Part shown: positions 25,339-32,000 of the stretch, in pieces
How the letters are laid out: each line of letters starts with the position of its first letter
Numbering within the stretch: position 1 is the stretch's first letter
Assembly (NCBI RefSeq): GCF_002214165.1
Contig: NZ_CP019964.1
Coordinates: forward strand, 360,001-392,000
Origin: Candidatus Saccharimonadota bacterium
GTDB lineage: Archaea > Micrarchaeota > Micrarchaeia > Micrarchaeales > Micrarchaeaceae
Length of the DNA stretch: 32,000 nt
Direction of reading: 5' to 3'
The notes under the pieces: model-generated
What the model saw: only the letters and a program-made list of their open reading frames with translations
What the model was told of the DNA's origin: nothing
Database searches by the model: none
Translations under genes and position numbers: made by a program

Positions 25339-25359
25339 CCCACACTGTTTACATGTGGG
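25339..25359 (+). repeat. IS-2 right-end hairpin cccacactgtttacatgtggg
   Basis: See the IS-1 right-end entry. It is followed by aggatgtcac. Confidence 0.8.
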
Positions 25360-25375
25360 AGGATGTCACAATTAA

Positions 25376-26251
25376 TTACTTGGAATTTGAAAGGCTGCTT
25401 ATGACTATTATGCCAGCAAGCATCAGTATCCCTCCAAATATCTCTATTGGATAAAAGCTTCCAATTATTATGCTGCCGAGCAATACAAGGAGAGTGTCGG
25501 AATACTCGAAATCGTTTATGAAATTCCTTTTTATCAGCATGTTTGCGGTTCCCCTTGTTTTTGTCATCTCCATAGCGTGCAGTTCCATCACAGACGCAAA
25601 GGAGAACGTGATTCCCCCAAGTACGCCAATCACGAAGTAAAGGCTGCCTATATAAATAGGGCCTCCAATAAACAGTGCAGCCATTATGAGGAAAATTGGC
25701 TGAAAAAGCATCTTGGTTCCTATGCTATATTTCTTTAGCTTGTAAAATTCCATATAGTACCCTATACCGCCAAATACGGTTATCAGGAACACGAACGGGA
25801 GAGTGCCAATCTGGAATTGATATCCATTGCTCTCAGCATAGAATATGCCTACAACTATAAGGAGAACTCCTGCAAGCAGTATCGCCGTTTGCTTGAGCGC
25901 CAGAAACCTTCGGTACTTTACAACATCTATTACAAAGAACACGATTGCCGACAATCCTACCAATGGGTATATGCTTGCCAGCGTATAGCTTTTATACGCT
26001 ATGAAGAGCGGGATGGTATAAGCTATTATCATCAGTGCTGTAAGGGCCCCAAATGCATACTGGCCTTTGCTCTCTGCCTTGACTTTCAACCTGAAAACAA
26101 ATTTCACAGCTATGAAGCCAATCAAAATTCCAATACTTATAGATATAATAGCTGCACTGAGCGGAAGCCTGGTCACCACTAGGTAATCTACAGTTCCGCT
26201 TATTGCATATAAGACCACTCCAATGGCCATCAATGCAAACACAATTTTCAT
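25376..26251 (-). CDS. Integral membrane protein (about 10 TM segments; possibly DMT/EamA-like)
   Basis: 291 aa and hydrophobic throughout, with a two-halves layout. No sharp motif recognised. Confidence 0.6.
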   Translation of the reverse strand: MKIVFALMAIGVVLYAISGTVDYLVVTRLPLSAAIISISIGILIGFIAVKFVFRLKVKAESKGQYAFGALTALMIIAYTIPLFIAYKSYTLASIYPLVGLSAIVFFVIDVVKYRRFLALKQTAILLAGVLLIVVGIFYAESNGYQFQIGTLPFVFLITVFGGIGYYMEFYKLKKYSIGTKMLFQPIFLIMAALFIGGPIYIGSLYFVIGVLGGITFSFASVMELHAMEMTKTRGTANMLIKRNFINDFEYSDTLLVLLGSIIIGSFYPIEIFGGILMLAGIIVISSLSNSK

Positions 26252-26571
26252 AAAATCATATCAGAACCTGCACAAAAATCCTTAAAACAAAGCGCAGGAC
26301 ATTTCGCAATCCTCTGTGATGCTATAAACAATGCTTATACAAGTTCACTTTTTGCCAAAATCTTTTTAGCATGCGATTAACTTGCACCAAAGCTGATAAA
26401 GGCATCTTTAAGGAATGCTTTGCAATTATGTAAATTTCTCAACCACAATCTATAAACCTTGCTATGCAGAGAGAGTCATATCGAAAATATTAGATATATG
26501 ATTGTATTCGGGGCTTTTGCAAAAATAAAATTAAATATATAAATCAAATATATAAGGACCTTATAACCAAT

Positions 26572-26889
26572 TCACAGTACAAGGTACTCGTAATTTTCGT
26601 GCTTTTTCGCTATTACCTCTTTCAAGCTGGCAGGCACGTATATTACACCTTCTGCAAGTTCATCCTCGCTTATGTTGCGGGCTTTCATCGATGTGCCGCA
26701 TGCAACTACCTTTACTTTTTTATTTTCGAGCAGAGGTTTTATCCTGTTCTTTTCTACAACTGCAGCTATGCCACCATTCAAGTACACCACTTCAACTTCT
26801 TCCGTATCATCCATCTCGGAAAGATGCTGCACTGCCATTATAGACATCGCAATTTTCTCTTCAGAATCTACAGTCAATAAGATTTTCAT
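26572..26889 (-). CDS. DsrE/DsrF-like family small protein (putative)
   Basis: MKILLTVDS..., VVACGTSMKARNI and a size of about 105 aa resemble the DsrE-fold proteins of COG1416. The ORF extends to 26898 (MVDMKIL). Confidence 0.45.
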   Translation of the reverse strand: MKILLTVDSEEKIAMSIMAVQHLSEMDDTEEVEVVYLNGGIAAVVEKNRIKPLLENKKVKVVACGTSMKARNISEDELAEGVIYVPASLKEVIAKKHENYEYLVL

Positions 26890-27039
26890 ATCTACCACAG
26901 TAGTTATTATTTATATAACTATAAACATACCAATGTTATCCTGTTTTACAAAAGTAAAACATCTAAGAAAATCCAATAATTTAAAATCTTTTTTACTAAA
27001 AGTAACTTAGCGAATGACATTATTTTAGGTGAATAGCTT

Positions 27040-27483
27040 ATGGAAAATGCCGATAACGTAACCTTAAAGGAGGCAACTGACAGTGATGAGAAAGGATTGA
27101 CTCGATTGTATAGAAAGCTATACGAAGGCGATGAAGACCAGGATTTCTTCAAGTCCAAAGCAATACCCAGCTATTTCAAATCAGGAAGCAAGGTGTTCAT
27201 AGCAAGGTCCGGCAATGATACAATTGGTTTCGTATGGGCCATATATTACGAGCACATAAAGAGCAAAGGTATAGGAATAATAGAGGAGCTTTACGTCGAC
27301 GATGGCTATAGGGGAAGGGGCATTGGAAAGGAGCTGGTGTCAAAGGCTATAGATTACCTGAAAAAGAAGAAAGTGCTAGTTGTGATCGTAACCACAGATC
27401 CCCAGATGGAAGATGCCCAAAAGTTCTATAAAGCGGTGGGATTCAAGGTATCAAGGGAGTGGTTCTATTATCCATTGCCTTAG
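27040..27483 (+). CDS. GNAT-family N-acetyltransferase
   Basis: Motif A: IEELYVDDGYRGRGIGKELVSKAIDYLKK. The C-terminal FYKAVGF is also typical. Confidence 0.85.
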   Translation: MENADNVTLKEATDSDEKGLTRLYRKLYEGDEDQDFFKSKAIPSYFKSGSKVFIARSGNDTIGFVWAIYYEHIKSKGIGIIEELYVDDGYRGRGIGKELVSKAIDYLKKKKVLVVIVTTDPQMEDAQKFYKAVGFKVSREWFYYPLP

Positions 27484-27510
27484 AAAAAGGCAGGAAGCTT
27501 AGAGCAAGCC

Positions 27511-28392
27511 TCATCCCACGGATATCGATATGTAATATACGGCAACTAACATTATTGCAACCAAAATAAGTCTTCTCCAAAGCCCTGACTCCTTGAAGAT
27601 TATTCCCCCTGCCAGTGTTGTTATTATCACATATATGCTATTCCTGAATGGTGCCACCACGCTTATGAGCATCAGTGATGCGGAGAAGTAATAGGTTATC
27701 CGGTATGCCACGGTAAAAAGCGATATTGTCCCGATCTTGCTGAAGTTGTGCGTCAGATTTGAGTATACCTCTTTTACCCCTCCGTACTTCTTGGTCATGT
27801 ATACCATGTAATTAAGGGATATGAAAAGCTCCATCAATATGATATATGTAAATTCGTTGAGGTTTGACATGAACAGGTATTTCATCAGGACCGATCCCAA
27901 TGCTATTATTAGGCTCACTACCACAAGCAGGTATATGTATTTTCTCCCATCGAACGCTTGCTTTCCTCCATCCTTGAATATTATTAGGTAGCTGCATGCT
28001 ATTATTACAGCAAGCGCAAGGTACTGGAAAAGTGACAGCTTTTCACCAAGAGCGAAGAAGCTTATTATGATTATGAATACCATAGGGAGGGAGCTCATCA
28101 CAGGTGCGGATATTGAAAGATTCCCGTGCTTGTATATCCTTGCCGATAACAGGTATCCTGCAGTTGAAAGCAGTGAATTGACATATATGTATAGGACAGT
28201 GACGATTCCTATATTGAATTTAGCGAATGGCAGGAATACAAGAGATATAAAAAACGTCAATATTGAGAAGCTGGCGCTGTATGCCGATGCGTGCTGCTCT
28301 TTCAACGCATATTTCTCGATTATTGTGGATATGCCCATGAAAGTTGAAGACAAAAGCACTAGATAAAGCCATTCATACATCTGTACACCCAA
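27511..28392 (-). CDS. DMT-superfamily (EamA-like) transporter
   Basis: 293 aa with ten hydrophobic segments in two 5-TM halves, a layout typical of EamA proteins. Confidence 0.7.
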   Translation of the reverse strand: MGVQMYEWLYLVLLSSTFMGISTIIEKYALKEQHASAYSASFSILTFFISLVFLPFAKFNIGIVTVLYIYVNSLLSTAGYLLSARIYKHGNLSISAPVMSSLPMVFIIIISFFALGEKLSLFQYLALAVIIACSYLIIFKDGGKQAFDGRKYIYLLVVVSLIIALGSVLMKYLFMSNLNEFTYIILMELFISLNYMVYMTKKYGGVKEVYSNLTHNFSKIGTISLFTVAYRITYYFSASLMLISVVAPFRNSIYVIITTLAGGIIFKESGLWRRLILVAIMLVAVYYISISVG

Positions 28393-28535
28393 TCAAACGC
28401 TTAATGGATTTGTAATAAATGCTTATAAATGCAATTGCAGAAAACTCTCTTTTAAATAGGGATTTGAGTAGGATTTGGCAAATCAAAAGAAGGAAGGAGA
28501 AAATGATCATTATTAATGCGATCCGATCAAATAAT

Positions 28536-29147
28536 CTAATGGCTGCTTACAAATGTGCTATTATACTGCTTATCTGCAATCCTTTTTAACTCTATTTCCA
28601 GATTGGCTTTTATTGTTTGGAATTCACCGTAAATTGCATGCAGCACATCTGAATCATTGGCAGGTTTTTCGATATAAACAGGTAATAAGCTTTGATCGAA
28701 AGGCAATCCTTTCTTTTTAAGATTCTCCTTATAAAAATAAGCGATTCTATAAGATATTGTTTTGATGGTCCTTTCAAGTTCGTATCTATTAATCTTAAAA
28801 ATCAAAAACTTGTATTTTTTGTATACAATTAAATCGTTATCATCTGTTAAAAGCTGTTTAGCTATTATGCTATTTACCAAATCCCTCCTAATTAGCAAAA
28901 CAGACATAAATCCATTTTTTGTTTTATACACCGGCAAATCAAATGCCTGGTAATCCCATCTTCCAATCTCCTTTCTTCTAAATATTACAGTTTTGCCATT
29001 GAATTCTGGGATTGTGCCATCAACTTCATCATTGTCTGTTGCCGTTGATATGCCCTTCTTCAGGCTATTCATCGAATCTTTAATCGTTTTTCCCTCGCTT
29101 AACAACACTAAGTAATCATACACACTATCCCCACAGTCTCCATTCAT
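28536..29147 (-). CDS. Hypothetical protein (AT-rich ORFan)
   Basis: 203-aa ORF that looks soluble, with no motif recognised. Confidence 0.55.
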   Translation of the reverse strand: MNGDCGDSVYDYLVLLSEGKTIKDSMNSLKKGISTATDNDEVDGTIPEFNGKTVIFRRKEIGRWDYQAFDLPVYKTKNGFMSVLLIRRDLVNSIIAKQLLTDDNDLIVYKKYKFLIFKINRYELERTIKTISYRIAYFYKENLKKKGLPFDQSLLPVYIEKPANDSDVLHAIYGEFQTIKANLEIELKRIADKQYNSTFVSSH

Positions 29148-29262
29148 CTTTAAATATATATAAGTTGTCCCGGTTACTCCCTTTCATAAAAATAAAATAA
29201 ATCTTACTTGACAATGCAAAGGCCTTAATAAAAATAGAGCAATACCCGAAATACAAAATATA

Positions 29263-30588
29263 CTATAGTATTGCACCTTGCTCCTTTAAGGTCTGCTGAA
29301 GCTCTTTCACGTTCACTTCCTTTGCAGGTGTGTTGTCCCTTATGCACATCTTTGCGGCAACTCCTGCCGCGTGGCCCATTGCCAGTGCCGTCCCGCTGAC
29401 TCTTGCGCTTGCCTGTGCGTCGAATTCCGCGCTCAGGCACCTTCCTATTATAAATAGGTTATCGATTCCTTTCTGCACTATCGACCTATATGGTATCTCA
29501 TACCAAGAGGAGTCTCCTTTGTTAAGGTGTATGTAAACGAGCCCCTTGTTGGGGTCGTGTATCTCAAGAGGATGGCCGCACCTGGCGATATGGTCCTCAA
29601 ATCTTCCACCATTCAGCACGTCATCCCTTTTAAGAACATATTCGCCTATTCCCCTGCGGGTCTCTCTCATGCCTATCCCCGGAGAGGAATCCATAAGGTA
29701 TGAGTTTTCAAATCCCGCAATATTTTTCTTGAGGAACTCAAAGTCCGATGCCACCTGGTGCCTTAAGTCGTTTATTGCCTTTGCTACCTCCTGGCCCGAC
29801 TTGTAATCCTTTATCTTTGCGTGTGTAGCATTGCATATGAATTCGCCTTCCCTGCTGGTGTTGAAAAGAAACTCAGTATTCTCGTTTGGAAGATAAAGTT
29901 TGTTCTCCTTTTTAGCTTTCTCGACCAAAGGCGGATTTATATGTATCTTTGATACCTTGCCTTCTATTAATGGAGCGGATATAAGTTCAGGATGCTCCTT
30001 TGAGAAGTTTATTAGTTCCGCTTCATTGACATTTGCAATCCTGAAAGGTATGGTGGCTTCCTGGTGCCATCCCTCCCCTTCCTTGCCCTCCATTGCATTG
30101 GAAGCCGTATAATAAGACAGGTCCGCGTCTCCGCTGCTGTCAACAAATTCTTTGCCTGATACCTCGTGCGTGCCATCTTTACCGACAACCGTGACAGAAG
30201 TTATCCTATTGCCTGACAACTTGCATCCAATCACAAGCGAGTTGAAATACGTGCTTATCCCGTATTTGTCAGCTAAATGAGACACTGCCAATTTCATTTC
30301 ATCCGGCCTGAAAGGGATGAAATTTCCTACTTTTCCCTTGGTTCCACCAAACCCTTTTAAGGTCTCAACTATCTCGTCAACGATACCTCCAACAATTTTC
30401 TCTGACCCGTCATAGGTATAAACTCCAAGAATAGATACTACGTAGCTATGAGTCCAATTGCCACCAAGCATCGGATTCCTCTCGATTATTGCAGTTTTTA
30501 ATCCATTCTTTGCTCCAGCCAATGCCGCTCCAAGGCCTGCTGGCCCACCACCAACAATTACCAAATCATACGAATCCATGAAATCCAC
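29263..30588 (-). CDS. FAD-dependent oxidoreductase
   Basis: N-terminal dinucleotide-binding YDLVIVGGGPAGLGAALAGAKNGLKTAIIER..LGG, and 441 aa in length. The start may be MDSYDL at 30579. Confidence 0.85.
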   Translation of the reverse strand: MDFMDSYDLVIVGGGPAGLGAALAGAKNGLKTAIIERNPMLGGNWTHSYVVSILGVYTYDGSEKIVGGIVDEIVETLKGFGGTKGKVGNFIPFRPDEMKLAVSHLADKYGISTYFNSLVIGCKLSGNRITSVTVVGKDGTHEVSGKEFVDSSGDADLSYYTASNAMEGKEGEGWHQEATIPFRIANVNEAELINFSKEHPELISAPLIEGKVSKIHINPPLVEKAKKENKLYLPNENTEFLFNTSREGEFICNATHAKIKDYKSGQEVAKAINDLRHQVASDFEFLKKNIAGFENSYLMDSSPGIGMRETRRGIGEYVLKRDDVLNGGRFEDHIARCGHPLEIHDPNKGLVYIHLNKGDSSWYEIPYRSIVQKGIDNLFIIGRCLSAEFDAQASARVSGTALAMGHAAGVAAKMCIRDNTPAKEVNVKELQQTLKEQGAIL

Positions 30589-30811
30589 ATTATAAATATC
30601 TCATGCAGGTTTTTATTATTTGACAAAAAATTTTATTATTTAAATAATTTAAAAGAAGCAGTTTACATCAAAACCTCGGCTTTACAAAAGGTTAGCGGAT
30701 TAATAATAAGCCAGCATCATTTCAAGTGAATTTATCCTCTAAATTTATAATATGCATTTTTAAGCTTATACTCTTAATTAATAAGAGAAAATTAAATGTA
30801 ATGGTGTGGAT

Positions 30812-32000
30812 ATGAATAAGTGGACGAAACTTCTTCCGTATTGGTTTTTGCTGTTTACGATAGGGTTTGGGTGGTTTATACTTGCGCCTCTTGTGCCTGT
30901 CTTAAGCACATCGTTAGGCGTAGGGACTGCTTCCATACTTCTATTAGTGAGCATGTATGGTTATACTATGGTAGTGCTCGGCCTTCTCGCCGGGTGGATA
31001 TCGGCTAAATTCACAGTTAAAACTGCGATATACGTTGCCGCGGCCCTTTCAATAATAGGGTTGATAGGCAGGAGCCTGTTCTTGACAAATTATGCAGGAT
31101 TCCTTGTATTCCAGATAATAGCTGCAGCCGCATACCCGCTTGCACTTGCCCCTGTTGGAAGCGTTGCTGACTCAATATACAAGGAGCACGCACATTCAAT
31201 AGTGGGAATCAGCGTGGGTATACTTTTCTTCGGCCTCGCGATAGGCGCATTCTTTGCGTCAAGCATAGCAGCGGCAATAAGTACCGTAGGGCTTCTGTGG
31301 TTCACGGCGATACTTGCGATAATAGCCGCAATATGGGTAGTGCCAGGAATAAAGAATTATCCTACAAACTACAAAGGCAAGTCCCTTAAGGGCGTGTTCA
31401 AGGTAGGAATGATAAAGAACTGGTGGGTTGGATTCTCTATAGCATCAATGTCAGTTATGTTTGGAGGAATCGCATCAACTATGCTTCTTCACTTCCACTT
31501 TGCATTAGGAGAAGCTCTTACATATGGAGGGCTTTTGGGAGGATTGGCATTCTTGGGGTCCGCACTGGGAGCAATAATACTGCCTCCAATATTTGAGAGA
31601 TATAACCAGATAAGGGCAGGGCTTATTTCAACATCCCTGCTGTCTCTTATATCGGTGTCTCTCCTTGCGTACTCATTGGGATTCGGCCCTAACCTGGGAT
31701 TGCTGGTAGCTGCATTCTTCCTGTTTGGGTTCTTCGGAAATGCGTTCTGGTCAATGGCACTTACTTCGACAACGAATTATGTGTCGGATCCGGCGCAGTC
31801 GGGATTTGCAACATCAATGTATAGCGTCATAACTAACTTGGGTGTTGCATTCGTCCCTGTATTCCTTGGGCCTGAATTTGCTGTCGATGCAACAATAGCT
31901 GTCATTGTGGTATTCGTGATAGAATTCATAGCATTCATATTGTCTCCAATGCTGAAGACAAAGAATGATGCAGAAAGCCAGCAGCCTCCAAAGGCTGCAG
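30812..32000 (+). CDS. MFS transporter (3' end runs off the window)
   Basis: The ATG at 30812 (MNKWTKLLPYWFLLFTIGFGWFILAPLVPVLS...) opens a frame with no stop up to position 32000. I verified the frame at 31952 (LKTKNDAESQQPPKAA). It is absent from the ORF track because the frame never closes. The shorter track ORFs here are in other frames. Confidence 0.8.
   Translation, partial: MNKWTKLLPYWFLLFTIGFGWFILAPLVPVLSTSLGVGTASILLLVSMYGYTMVVLGLLAGWISAKFTVKTAIYVAAALSIIGLIGRSLFLTNYAGFLVFQIIAAAAYPLALAPVGSVADSIYKEHAHSIVGISVGILFFGLAIGAFFASSIAAAISTVGLLWFTAILAIIAAIWVVPGIKNYPTNYKGKSLKGVFKVGMIKNWWVGFSIASMSVMFGGIASTMLLHFHFALGEALTYGGLLGGLAFLGSALGAIILPPIFERYNQIRAGLISTSLLSLISVSLLAYSLGFGPNLGLLVAAFFLFGFFGNAFWSMALTSTTNYVSDPAQSGFATSMYSVITNLGVAFVPVFLGPEFAVDATIAVIVVFVIEFIAFILSPMLKTKNDAESQQPPKAA

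Larger units (their letters stand above)
24021..25369 (+). mobile_element. tnpB-only IS200/IS605-family (IS1341-type) element, IS-2
   Basis: Left-end hairpin at 24029-24049, tnpB, then right-end hairpin at 25339-25359 followed by aggatgtcac ending at 25369. It fits exactly between the stop of 23130..24002 and the stop of the convergent 25376..26251. Confidence 0.8.

Noticed and set aside
30820-31305. Track ORFs 30820..31008 (+), 31017..31199 (-) and 31090..31305 (-)
   Set aside because: A much longer frame from the ATG at 30812 to the window end encodes a typical MFS protein. These short ORFs are alternative-frame or antisense artefacts.
1-32000. CRISPR arrays, tRNA, rRNA and other canonical RNA genes
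   Set aside because: Reading both strands I found no regularly spaced direct repeats, no GGTTCGAATCC/GGATTTGAACC-type T-arm sequences and no rRNA-like GC-rich blocks. The only recurrent structured repeats are the IS-end hairpins.

Overview
The window looks like an AT-rich archaeal chromosome segment. Evidence: an archaeal-type TyrRS, Sua5, TTTAAATA-type TATA boxes about 30 nt upstream of start codons, and tnpB-only IS elements. A Thermoplasmata-like acidophile is my guess only. Recognisable core genes are tyrS, sua5, a SufS-type cysteine desulfurase, a YjjX-type ITP/XTPase, a Nudix hydrolase, a GNAT acetyltransferase, a DsrE-like protein, an FAD oxidoreductase, four MFS transporters and two DMT/EamA-like membrane proteins. 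These are interleaved with visibly more AT-rich lineage-specific ORFs that fall into small paralog families. (i) Three HExxH...E gluzincin-like ORFs, two of which bracket an MFS gene and one of which has the catalytic Glu replaced. (ii) A tandem pair of about 245-aa proteins, each built from an internally duplicated domain and sharing a near-identical 79-nt 3' tract. (iii) Two about 225-aa paralogs that flank sua5 plus an IS. (iv) A 77-nt copy of an internal piece of the 11110..12231 gene sitting in an intergenic spacer. Mobile DNA includes two apparently intact tnpB-only IS200/IS605 (IS1341-type) elements whose TnpB proteins are divergent but whose end hairpins are almost the same. One of them carries its left-end hairpin in flipped orientation. 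There is also a solo left-end hairpin, an orphan right-end-like remnant fused to a truncated alpha/beta-hydrolase pseudogene, and a decayed tyrosine-recombinase gene next to a long AT-rich spacer. I found no CRISPR array, tRNA or rRNA. I could not tie the window to any named defence system. The best candidates for something undescribed are the metallopeptidase-like and double-domain ORFan families between about 7 and 12 kb, the divergent tandem-Lrp regulator / HExxH pair at 19.6-22.5 kb, and the TnpB end architecture. All functional calls for ORFans rest on motifs read by eye and need profile or structure searches.
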